Below are positions 52,901 to 64,000 of a stretch of 64,000 nucleotides of DNA, piece by piece. Position numbers and translations under genes: made by a program. Numbering within the stretch: position 1 is the stretch's first letter; every line of letters starts with the position of its first letter. The DNA is from Narcine bancroftii (Eukaryota). The notes beneath the pieces were generated by a model. It made no database searches, was not told the origin of the DNA, and was given only the letters and a program-made list of their open reading frames with translations. The stretch covers positions 558,001 to 622,000 of the forward strand of contig NW_027211801.1 of NCBI RefSeq assembly GCF_036971445.1, given 5' to 3'.

Positions 52901-53930
52901 GGGTAACTGACCTCAGCACCCATGTCTGCAAGGAACCTGCACTTACCAGCGTCGTCTTGAAGATTCAATTAGCACCAGCTTCCAAGACCATTACTGGCAG
53001 CCGGCTCTTTTGTTTCCCTACCTTTTTCCTGTAATAGGTTCATGGCTGAATACATTCATGGGTATTTTATCCCCAACGGCAATGGTAAAAACTCCATTCA
53101 TAACGCCCGTCAGTACGTTCCTCCTTTTTTGATTGAATTGCAGGTACAGAAGGCTTGAAGGACACTAGAGATGTATCTGCTGCCAAAACGGGCCATATTT
53201 GAGTCGACAGTTGTGTTGGGGTATGATAGAGCCTGTCAACCTCCCGCGCTATGTCATGGGGTCGGTGGAAATCAATGTTACCGATGGGTATGGTGACACG
53301 AGCTGGGAACTTGGATAGGAATAGTGTTTCAAAAAGCAGGCAATGACAATGACCATCCACAAATATGAGCATTTCATCCTTAGGTACGATGGATTCCTCT
53401 CACCCAGGCCTTCCATATTCAAAGGCTGCATGCCACGCTCCTGTCTTGTCATTTCCAGTGTATCCAGTAGAAACTGGGGGATCCTGGTGTACTGGTTTTC
53501 TGCCGGGGGATTGGCAATAAATTTGCTTACTCGAGATGCGGTAGCAGTGTCCAACGCACATACGACTTGCCAGAATTTCATGTCCTCTGCTGTTATGCCT
53601 CGAAGACGAAACTGGGTTGCAACCTGAATAAGCCGTACCCGAGGTAGATAGATCCAGAAAGGAGGCAAGTGTAATCCCATTGCGTTAATTCCCGCCGTGG
53701 TGGCGGGTTCCGCTTCTGCTGTAGCTGCGTCCATTATAACTGTAGTCTGAAGCTTCAGCTGAATCTTGCAGTCAGGTCACCAATTGTAGCGGCTACTGCG
53801 GTAGAGCTACTGAAGTAATAGAAAGACAAACACCAGATTAGTCAACTCAAGACTGATTTATTCAGGGTTTACAGGCTTTTCTTAAATACTGCATTTCCAG
53901 GGCTCCATGGGACAAGGTGGGACATCGCTG
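49985..53930 (-). mobile_element. CsRn1-like Gypsy element, decayed: 5' LTR remnant from 53785, tRNA-Trp-type PBS, gag, PR, RT, RH, IN, PPT, 3' LTR remnant
   Basis: PBS tggtgacctgac at 53771-53782; gag LPPFW...QFRLRGIT; LQASNGS..ILDADFL; GLIINPGKCQFG..FLGH; KYIWPGLKKDIAQWAHTCTSCQ. Confidence 0.88.
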
Positions 53931-54365
53931 CTGGAATAAGATAGAAAGAGTACAGAGAAGATTTACTCGAACATTGCCCAGACTTCAGTAACTGAGTTAC
54001 AGGTAAAGGTTAAACAAGTTTGGCCTTTATTCCCTGGACTGCAGAAAATGAGGGGAGATTTGATCGAGGTATTTAAAATGATGAGGGGAATAGACAGATT
54101 AAATGTAGGTAGGATATTTCCACTGAAGGTAGGTGAAATAGAGTCCAGAGGACATGGGTTAAGAGTGAATGGGAAAAGGTTCTGGGCAAAATTATTCACA
54201 CGGAGAGTGGTTGGCATGTGGAACGAGGTGAAATGGTGAATGGGGCTCCATGTTCAGATTTAAGGAGAATTTGGACAGGTACGTGAAAGGGAGGGGTATG
54301 GAGGGTTATGGGTGGAGTGCACTTCGGTGGGACCAGGCAGAAATAATGGTTCAACACAGACTAAA
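53930..54365 (+). mobile_element. CR1 3' fragment
   Basis: MRGDLIEVFKMMRGIDR...SRGH..RVVGMWN. Confidence 0.85.
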
Positions 54366-54605
54366 AGTAACACAGGAAAATGTCTGTGTTTTGTCATGTA
54401 TGTGACCTGGGAACAAATCTGCTTATTTCAGGGAACACAACCAGATGGGGTGATTGTCCGCCACTTGGCGTTCTCCTGACACCTCTCCCTCATGGGCACC
54501 CCTTCTTAAACAGAGCCTCCAGACCTGCTTTGCAGACGGGAGAACCATAGCGACTCCGTGTTTTCGAGGAACCCAATCGCGCTGCTTTGTATTAGCCTGT
54601 CCGGA

Positions 54606-55178
54606 ATGATTGTCTCTGTGCCAAGTCTCCTTTGGTCTCTGATGGTCTGGGTTCCAGTTGAGAAGTCAAGAGGCCATTCCCCATGTATTATAACCACCCA
54701 ACTCCCCTCCAACTAAGCTTTTCATTGCACTTTGTTTCCCTGCAAACACACGGTGTCATGTTTATTTGTGTCATTGAAAGTGTCCTGGCATTGGTTAAAC
54801 TCCATCAGACCCCAATGTTTGACCCACTCTCCGCGGGACATAGAACTCACTTGGACTGTCGGCTGGCGGGTGGGAGCGTTGGAAGTTCCCACATGAACTG
54901 GTTCCGACAGCGACCCGGAGAAGCTCGAGAGTGGGTATTGATACACTATATGTCTAACAGTAGCTACTTTCAGGTGGCCACAATACAGAATAATAAAATC
55001 TCCCAAGGCCGCCGGTTCACCAGGTGATTCGACCCATCCAGAGACACCTTGGCCAACACTCACTCCTTGACCATCCTCAGCCTGGAAGCTGGAGATTCAA
55101 CCATGTCCTACTGTGCTACATGGGACAGTTCAGCAAAAGTTTGGGTGTTCGGTCCTGGAACCACATTGATCAGAACAA
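54606..55178 (+). pseudogene. Germline-joined Ig light chain leader-VJ, type I (sigma-cart/NS5), pseudogene; leader exon 54606-54657, L2-VJ exon 54780-55178
   Basis: Leader MIVSVPSLLWSLMVWVP; V: VKLHQTPMFDPLSAGHRTHLDC...MNWFRQRPGEAREWVL...FTR*FDPSRDTLANTHSLTILSLEAGDSTMSYC, then ATWDSSAKVWV and FGPGTTLIRT, with no RSS between V and J; TGA at 55025-55027. Confidence 0.92.
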
Positions 55179-55429
55179 ATTAGTGAACTCAAGGAAATTT
55201 AAAGAATTTTATTTCCAAACTTCAGAATCTATTTTTCATTCATTTTGTCCGTGAGCACAGAAGATGTCAGTAAACTGTCGAGACCCTGTGCTGGAGACAG
55301 ATTCTGCAGATGCCCCTCAGCCAGATTAGGTTTGACCCTAGGAAAGTCACCTCATCCTGACCCCCAGATTGGTGTGTGTGGGACCCCAACGCAATTTGAT
55401 ACCCAGTTTATCTCAATTTCAAGGTAAAC

Positions 55430-55710
55430 ATTTTAACATTATTTAATAAAAATAATGTCGGTTCCATCAGCAATTTATTCTTAAGAACTTTCTCTAAAAA
55501 ATGTTTAAGTCATGTCCAAAATTGTTTCACCATAATCACATAACAAAGTGGAATGGAGGAATGAACCTACTTCCTTCTGGCACCTGAAACCTAAATCGGA
55601 AGAAATTGAATTATATCTCTTGAATTTTCCAGGGGTTAAATATTGATGATGTATGAAGTAATAATGGAACAACCTATATCTCACAATAACAATCTTTGTC
55701 ATACCATATT
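55430..55710 (-). mobile_element. L1 ORF2 3' fragment
   Basis: RYRLFHYYFIHHQYLTP..FRCQKEVGSFLH. Confidence 0.75.
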
Positions 55711-55719
55711 ACTATGTAA

Positions 55720-58700
55720 CAATTTACAGTTCAGAAACAGGCCATATTGGTCCTTCTCGTCCGCATCAATTTTTGTGTGACTCCATTGCTTCCACCTACC
55801 CATTCCCTTGCCCATAATTCTCCAACCCCCTCACATACCTGTACGCATCTAACCTCTTAAATTAAAGAAATGACCGTGCCACAACTACCACTTCCGGACA
55901 ATCATTCCACTCAGCCACCACTCTCTGAATGAAGAAGCATCCTCTTATATTACTTCTAAAGTGTTGCCCCCTAGCCCTTAACTTATGACCCCTTGATCCA
56001 ATCTCCCCTACCCTCAGGGGAAAGAGCCAATTCACATCTACTCTATCTATTCCCTTCATAATGTTAAATTCCTCTATTAAATCCCCTCTCAACCTTCTAT
56101 GCTCCAGTGAATAAAGTTCCAGTCTACTCCATATTTAAGATACTGCAATCCAGGCAAGATTTTCATAAATCTTCTCTGTATCCTCTCTACCTTATTTATA
56201 TCCTTCCTACAAGTTGGAGACCTGAATTGCACACAGTATTCCAAACTTGGCCTCACTAATGCCTTAAACAGTCTCAACATAACCCCCCAGATCCTATATT
56301 CTATGCAATGGTTTATAAAGGCCAGAAAACAAAAAGCCTTCTTCACCACCCTATCGACATGGGAATCCACCTTCAAGGATTGCTGAACTGTTATTCAAAG
56401 ATCACTCTGTTCCTCTGCATTCCTCAATGCCTTCCCCTTCATGGCATATGTACAATTTTGGTTATTCCTCCCACAATGAAGCAGCTCACACTTATCTACA
56501 TTAAACTCCATCTGCCACCTTTCAGCCCACCTTTCCAAACAGTCTTTTTGTAGTCCATGAAAACCCTCCTCACTATGCACAACTCCAACTATTTTTGTAT
56601 TGGCTGCACATTTACTCACCCAGTTCACCACCCCATCATTCAAATCATTCATATAAATGATAAACTTTAAAGGACCCAACACCGATCACTGAGGCACACT
56701 TCTTGTCACTGCCCTCCACCCTGACAGAGAGATGTCCACCATGACTCTCTGGTGCCTACCTTCCAGCCACCACTGACCCCATCTGACTGTCTCTATATTA
56801 ATCCCGAGAGACTTCCTCACTAACCTTTCATTGGAAACCTTATCGAAAGCCTTACTAAAATCCAATTAGACCACATCATCTGCTCTAACTTCAGTTCACC
56901 TCTTCAAAAATTTAAACAAGATTCATCAAACACAACTTTCCCCTCACAACCCCATGTTGGGTGTCCCTGATCAATCTCTGCCTTTCCAGATATTTTATAT
57001 TTTCCCTAAGAATTCCTTCTATTAGTTTCCCCACCACCAATGTCAAACTTACTGCCCGATAATTGCTTACCCTACAACTTGCACCCTTTTTAAACAACTC
57101 AACCACATTTGCAACCCACATTACCACACCCTCCTCCAGTGACCATTGAAAAATCACCTTCAGAGCCTCTGCTATTTCATTCCTGACCACCCTTAAGGTC
57201 CTGGTGAAAATCCCATGAGGACCAGCAGACTTATCTACCTTTATATACCCCAGAATTTCTAATATCCTTCTTTAATAATCTTTATTTTTTTCATAACTCA
57301 CCCTTTGGCCTCACAACTACACAATTCAAGATTTATTTCCTCTTAAACATTGATGAGAAGAATTAATACAATATCTCCCCTATCTCATATGGTTCTTCAG
57401 ACATTCCTCTGCCCTGATTTTCTAGAGGACTATTCTATCCTTAATTTTCCTTTTGCTGTTCACATATTTGGATAACCCTTTTGGATTTACTTTCACCTTA
57501 TTTTCTATAGCCCTCTCATACCTTCTTTTTGCCTTTCTAATTTCCTTCTTAAGGTTCTTTCTACAATCTATGTATCGTTCAAACATCTCATCCATCCTTT
57601 GTTTCTTGTATTCAACGTAGTCCTCCCTCTTATTCCGAACCATCTTCCTAATCTCTCTAGAAAACCATGGCTCCCTTGAACATTTGGCCTTGCCTTTTGT
57701 CCTGACAGGAACATAAATAGTCTGTGCTCTCAAAATCTCAATTTTAAATGCTCTCCAATTCTCCTTAACATCCTCTCCAGAAAAAAGATCAGTCCAAACT
57801 ACTCCCTACAAGTCCCTTCTCATTTCTTTGAATCTGGCTTACCCCCACACAAAGACCTTCAACGTCGGACCAGATCAATCCCTTTTGCTGAAATTAATGG
57901 TACCATCATCACTGGATCCGAAGTGCTCCCAAGTGCACACCCACTTCACCTGCCCTATTCCATTCCCAACAGTCAATCTAACACTGCCCCTTCTCTAGTG
58001 GGCACTCAACATATTGATGCAAAAAGCACTCCTGCACACATTTTACAAACTCTAATCCATCCAGCCCACTCACTGTCTACGTTACCCAATCTATGTTAGG
58101 AAAATTAAAATCCCCAACTAACAGAACCCTGTGCTTACTGCACATCTCAGCTATTTCACTGCGCATTTCCTCTTCTCGTTCCCTCTCCCCATTCAGTCGT
58201 CTATAATACACCCCTATAAGCATAACCTCACCTCTATTCCACCCACAGCGCCTCCCTTCACAAGCCCTCTTATGTATCATGCCTCAGTAGCGCTGTAATA
58301 TCCTCCTTGACAAGTAATGCAACCATCCCCATCCCTCCAATTCTATCACACCTAATGCAGAGAGATCCCAGAATATTTAACTGCCAGTTGCAACCCTCCT
58401 TCAACCACGTCCCACTAATTGCTGCCACATCATACTGCCAATTGTCTAGCCACACCTTCGGCTTGTCCACCTTCCTTATATTGAAGTAAATTCATTTCAG
58501 AGACTTCCCACATCTTACCTTCTGCCTATCCCCCACTCGGTCATCCACGCTATTATTTGTCACCTTCCTCCATTTTCCATCATAGAATCTATCCCTCTCC
58601 TCCTCAATCAACTGTGGTCCCACCCCAAAATTTTGTGAATAAGCCTTTTCCCTTCACCTACAATAACTCTCTCTGCTCTCCTCCCTTATATGGGCAATTT

Positions 58701-59275
58701 CCCCCAAAATAGGTCCCAGTGATCCAAGAACTCGAATCCCTGCCCATTACTCCAGCACTTTCGCCACGCATTCAGCATCCACCTGATTCTATTTCTACCC
58801 TCACTATCACGTGGTACAGGAAGTAATCCAAATATTACTCACTTTGCGATTCTTCTTCGGAGCTCCAAACCTAACTCCCTATATTCATTCCTTAGGAACA
58901 CTTCCTCCTTCCTCCCAATATCATTGGGACCAACATGTAACACGACCTCTGGTTCATTACCCTCCCCTTTTAGGATGCCTTGGATATGCGTAGTTACATC
59001 CCAGATACTAGCACCAGGGCAGCAAAAAACCATCCGGTTTCCTCTATCGTATCCACTAAAACCCCCATCAGTCCTCCTGACCATTGAATCCCCAATAACT
59101 ATAGCCCTCCTCCTCCTTTCCCTTCCCTTCTGGGCTGCATAAGCTGACTCTGAGCCAGAGTTACACTCACCGCTGCCTTCCTTAGCCGGACTGTCCCCCC
59201 AAATAGTACTCAAGGAGGACATGGTACCTTTATAATGCTGGAGAGACAAACCCACATCATTTACTGACGCCAATA
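55720..59275 (-). mobile_element. Near full-length decayed CR1 (ORF1 SGNH esterase; ORF2 EN-RT)
   Basis: ORF1 AIVIGDSMVR...PGA...VVLHVGPNDIG; EN VGDFNFPNIDW; RT fragments; 3' MRGDLIEEF. Confidence 0.9.
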
Positions 59276-59599
59276 GCTCAGTGGCAGGAGGATTAATCTA
59301 ATTAAAATAGCCAATGGTCCAAGGCCAAGTACAGACAGGCTGCAGTGTCCAGTCCAAGTCATTTCCATGTGGCCAACAGCAAGGTGCGCACTCTTGGGTG
59401 GGGCAGAACCAGAGCTTGATTGGCAGCTGGTGTGTCCTCCGACAATGTAGGGGGACAGTGCTGTCACATGACAGCCACAACCCTTCCCACCACAAGCCTG
59501 AAGGCCTAAGAATTTAGAAAATATCCATCAATCATCTCGGACCAGTGTGGTGCAGATGGAACTAACCGTAGATGGGGTTTTTGGCCATTCTAGTACCAG

Positions 59600-60545
59600 A
59601 GAAAATTACAGCACAGAAACAAACACTTCAGCCCATCTCATCTGTGCCAAATGAGATTCTGCCTTGTCCCACTGACCTGCACCCATTCCGTTACCCTCTA
59701 TAGCTTCAAATCCATGTACTTCTCCAAATACTTCAATGTTAAAACTGGTCCAGCATTCACCACTTCAGCTGGCAGCTCATTCCACACTCCCACTACGCTG
59801 TGTATGAAGAGGTTCCCCCTCATGTTCCCCCAAATTTTTCTCCTTTCATTCTTAGCCCATCTCCTCCATTTTGAGGGAAAAGCTGATCTACATTTACTCT
59901 GTCTATACCCCTCGTAATTAAACAAAACCTTGATCAAATCTCCCTCATTAATACGCTCCAGGGAATGAAGTCCTCACCTGTACAACCCTTCCCTGTGATT
60001 CAGGTCCAGAATTCCAGCCACTTCCTACTAATTCTTATCTGCTCTCCTCAATCTTTCCTGTATTTCAATGACCAAAACTCCACACATTTCTCCATTTTTG
60101 ACCCCACCAATGTCTTATAAAACTTGACCACAATATCCCCACTCCTGCGCTCAATACTTAGATTTATGAAGGCCAAGATGCTAAAAGCACTCTTTACAAC
60201 CCTATCCACTTTGACCCCACTTCAGGGAATGACGTATCTGTATTCCGAGGCCCCTCTGTTCGACCGCACTCCTCAGGGCCCGACCATTCACCGTGTATGT
60301 CTTTTCTTGATTTGTCCTTCCAAAGTATAGCACCTCACACTTGTCTGCATTAAATTCCATCTGCTATTTTACAGCCCACTTTTCCAGCTGGTCCAGATAC
60401 CTCTGCAAGCTTTGAAAACCTTCCTCGCTGTCCACAACGCCTCCAATCTTAGTGTCATCTCCAAACTTACTGATCCAATTCACCACATTATCACCCAGAG
60501 CATTGTTATGACAAACAGCAATGCCCGCAGCACTGACCCCTGATG
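59600..60545 (-). mobile_element. CR1 3' fragment
   Basis: WISKFGDDTKIGGVVDSEEG; VVGVWNELPAEVV. Confidence 0.85.
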
Positions 60546-60589
60546 GCTTGGGTTGAGTCTTGATCAGGATTGTCATGTAATGTATCCTC

Positions 60590-61175
60590 CGAATTGGAGC
60601 GCCTTGCGATTGGGTGAAATATTTTTGGTGTAGAATTTTAGAATTTGTGGAAGGTCTGTTGCAGTTTAAGTTGGAACTTGATCCAATGTTATTTTAACTT
60701 GGATAAAGCACAACATTGATTTTGGGTATAAAATTGGAGAAATTCCAGCTTGCATTTATTCGACTGCCCTTAGCGGTGCCGAGAAAATGTATAGTAATTG
60801 CTTGAAAAAATGAGATTAAGCTGAATATCCTGAGATGGCATCTGAGTTATGATCGTGTATTCCATTGGAAAAGATAAGTTATAATTTACCTGATAATTGT
60901 TCTTTATTTATTAAAGTTTGCAATCCATATATGAAATATATGCGTTTAGTAGTGTTACAAGGTTTTTATTGGAAAGAGCAGGCACCCACCACAGCAGTGA
61001 AAAAATAAACAAACATATGCATGTTAACTCCATTATATTTTATTTGGGGTAGTTTGTAGAGGGGGTGGGTATGAGTGAGGGGTTGAGGGGGGAAAAGGGT
61101 GAAAATGTTTCGTATATCTGTTATTCGAACATGTCTGTATACTCTATTTTTAATAAATAATATATACAATAATTG
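60590..61175 (+). mobile_element. L1 3' end fragment
   Basis: RKCIVIA*K motif, 3' UTR G-tract, aataaa. Confidence 0.7.
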
Positions 61176-61229
61176 TGTGACCCTTGCGATTGGCCCACCT
61201 CAATCAGCAGGGGCTACAGTCCAGAGAAC

Positions 61230-62187
61230 CTGCCCAGACTCAGCCCTTACCTTCACCCAATTGGCCCAGGAAAATGACCCCTGCTGAGCCACTGCTGAGC
61301 CCCTGCACTGTACTTGGAGCCATTGACGCAGCAGCCAACGGGACCCAGCCAGCCCTGAGTAATTGCCCCACCCCCCCCCCCCCAATACTGCCTGCAAAAC
61401 TATAAAGGGCCATGTTCCCCTTTGTTCTGCTGCTTTGGACTCCATTTGTATTCTATCCCTCTTGAAGTGACTGCCAGCATTCAATTTGTGTTCTTCAACA
61501 CCGTCTCAACCTGCAAGTTTACCTTCAGACGATCCTGCACGAGGATTCCCAGGACCATTTGTATCTGAGTCTTTTCAATTATCTCCCAATTTAAAAAAAA
61601 ACATTGTCTGCTCATTTGGAATACTGATGGATAATTCCCTGAAAATGATGTCACAGGTAGATAGGGTTGTAAAGAGAGGTTTTGGCATATTGGCCTTCAT
61701 CAATCAGTATTTACCAATATTTAATAAAATTAAAGAGGATTTGAATAGATGGAATGATTTTCCTAAAACTTTAATAGGTTGAGTGAATTGTATCAAGATG
61801 GATAATTTCCCAAGGATTCAATATCTTTTTCAATCCATTCCTTTCAATATACCTCAAAAAAAAAAATTAAGGATCTAAATTTAATAATGAGGACATTTTT
61901 GTGGAAAGGTAAAATGGTAAATTAATCCTTAGAGAAATTAACTTCAAAATTTGAACTAAGAGGTTTACAGATTCCACATTTTCAATATGATTATAAAGTT
62001 GCTCAGTTGAAATTTATTAATGGAAAATTTGATTGAGGTAAATATTTAACATGGGACATTATACAATTCACTAAAATAGATTTTAAAAATCTATCCTAGA
62101 ATTTATTTAAAAATGGAACACCAGATGATTAATTGGTAATACAGACCCTATTTTATTATGGAATAAAATAGATTGTGAGATTGGTGG
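61230..62187 (+). repeat. Segmental-duplication copy of 350-558 plus 1365-2117 (LTR, CR1-, CR1+, L1 composite)
   Basis: The CR1/CR1 and CR1/L1 junctions fall at the same points in both copies; about 800 nt (559-1364) is missing in this copy. Confidence 0.85.
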
Positions 62188-62905
62188 TGTGAGAGATGAG
62201 TAAAACTGATATTCAAATATGAACATGAAGAAACTAAAATTGATACATGGATAAATGTATGAAGCCAGTACAAACAGGATGAGACATGGATATTAGAATG
62301 CAGGAAGCAGAATCAGTCTGAGTAAGATAAGGATCTCTTAGCCTTTAGACAGAATCAGCAAGTTCACTGTATGAATGAGATGAGGAGAGATAATTGTTAA
62401 TAGAATGTAGGAAGTAGAGTTAGTATGAAAGAGATAAGGGTCTCCTAGCGCTAGACAGAAGTACCAAGTTCTACATATATAATTAGTAAGCCTTACACAG
62501 ATTTATCAAGTTATGTATATTAAATCAGTAAACCCTAGACAGGATTAGCGAACTCTGCATATGAAGAGACTGTAGCTGAGAGTCGGAAAGGTGTGAATGG
62601 GGACAAGGGCAAGGTTGTGAATAAGGACAATGAGGATAATGACATGAGATGACACCAACAGGATACCCCCTGGTCCCCCAAGTTCACAGAAATAGCACGT
62701 AGGCAGGCAGGATTACTTAATGCCAAACCTCTCCAGGAGGCAGAAGAATGTAAGGGGGAGGGTATTCCTATACTGAAATGAACTGTATAAAAGTTGGGTG
62801 AGCCCCAGTGTATGTGTGTATTCCCATGGTAAGGGGAAGCACCCAACTTTGCATTGTTGTTTAATAAATGTTCTTTGTTCTCAATTTTTGTCTCGAGCAA
62901 TTTCT
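62188..62905 (+). mobile_element. ERV-like LTR cut by the RTE
   Basis: Starts TGtgagagatg; internal direct repeats; tataaaa about 62787; aataaa about 62863. Confidence 0.7.
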
Positions 62906-64000
62906 ATGAAAGACCCCAACAATGAAGACGCTGTTTACATCCGGTACCGCACGGATGGCAGTCTCTTCAATCTGAGGCGCCTGCAAGCTCACACCAAGAC
63001 ACAAGAGAAACTTGTCCGTGAACTACTCTTTGCAGACGATGCCGCTTTAGTTGCCCATTCAGAGCCAGCTCTTCAGCGCTTGACGTCCTGCTTTGCGGAA
63101 ACTGCCAAAATGTTTGGCCTGGAAGTCAGCCTGAAGAAAACTGAGGTCCTCCATCAGCCAGCTCCCCACCATGATTACCAGCCCCCCCACATCTCCATCG
63201 GGCACACAAAACTCAAAACGGTCAACCAGTTTACCTATCTTGGCTGCACCATTTCATCAGATGCAAGGATCGACAATGAGATAGACAACAGACTCGCCAA
63301 GGCAAATAGCGCCTTTGGAAGACTACACAAAAGAGTCTGGAAAAACAACCAACTGAAAAACCTCACAAAGATAAGCGTATACAGAGCCGTTGTCATACCC
63401 ACACTCCTGTTCGGCTCCGAATCATGGGTCCTCTACCGGCACCACCTACGGCTCCTAGAACGCTTCCACCAGCGTTGTCTCCGCTCCATCCTCAACATCC
63501 ATTGGAGCGCTTACATCCCTAACGTCGAAGTACTCGAGATGGCAGAGGTCGACAGTATCGAGTCCACGCTGCTGAAGATCCAGCTGCGCTGGATGGGTCA
63601 CGTCTCCAGAATGGAGGACCATCGCCTTCCCAAGATCGTGTTATATGGCGAGCTCTCCACTGGCCACCGTGACAGAGGTGCACCAAAGAAAAGGTACAAG
63701 GACTGCCTAAAGAAATCTCTTGGTGCCTGCCACATTGACCACCGCCAGTGGGCTGATATCGCCTCAAACCGTGCATCTTGGCGCCTCACAGTTTGGCGGG
63801 CAGCATCCTCCTTTGAAGAAGACCGCAGAGCCTACCTCACTGACAAAAGGCAAAAGAGGAAAAACCCAACACCCATCCCCAACCAACCAATTTTCCCCTG
63901 CAACCGCTGCAATCGTGTCTGCCTGTCCCGCATCGGACTTGTCAGCCACAAACGAGTCTGCAGCTGACGTGGACTTTTTACCCCCTCCATAAATCTTCGT
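62906..64000 (+). mobile_element. Young RTE LINE with an open RT C-terminal frame to 63967; the tail runs off the window
   Basis: ELLFADDAALVAHS, FGLEVSLKKTEV, FTYLGCTIS, EIDNRLAKANSAFGRL; no stop in more than 350 codons. Confidence 0.95.

Noticed and set aside
62798-63967. 389-aa ORF as a host gene
   Set aside because: The N-terminus is LTR sequence; the rest is a 5'-truncated RTE reverse transcriptase

Overview
Repeat-dense eukaryotic DNA from a cartilaginous fish, probably a ray or skate (inferred from the Ig light-chain type and the repeat families). There are two assembly gaps (14951-15080, 17799-17950). Most of the window is nested retroelements: L1, CR1, six young RTE copies, Penelope fragments, solo LTRs and four Gypsy elements (one Gmr1-type, two CsRn1-type, and one apparently self-priming). 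I see no intact host protein-coding gene. Decayed host genes lie between the repeats: (1) an immunoglobulin light-chain constant exon of the type I (sigma-cart/NS5) class on the minus strand at 11757-12080, with a stop codon and a frameshift; (2) a germline-joined leader-VJ of the same class on the plus strand at 54606-55178, with a stop codon, damaged splice sites and about 12 extra codons in CDR2; (3) three intron-separated exons of a divergent GSK3-like kinase pseudogene at 18239-19638; (4) a tentative, very degenerate CD2/SLAM-like Ig V exon split by an RTE. The same composite TE junction occurs at about 350-2120 and 61230-62190, pointing to an old segmental duplication with about 60-61 kb spacing. 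The clearest mechanistic signal is the Gypsy element at 29732-33894. Its primer-binding site is not a tRNA complement but a perfect 15-nt complement of its own LTR, a Tf1-like self-priming layout. All family assignments come from recognising motifs; no database searches were run.
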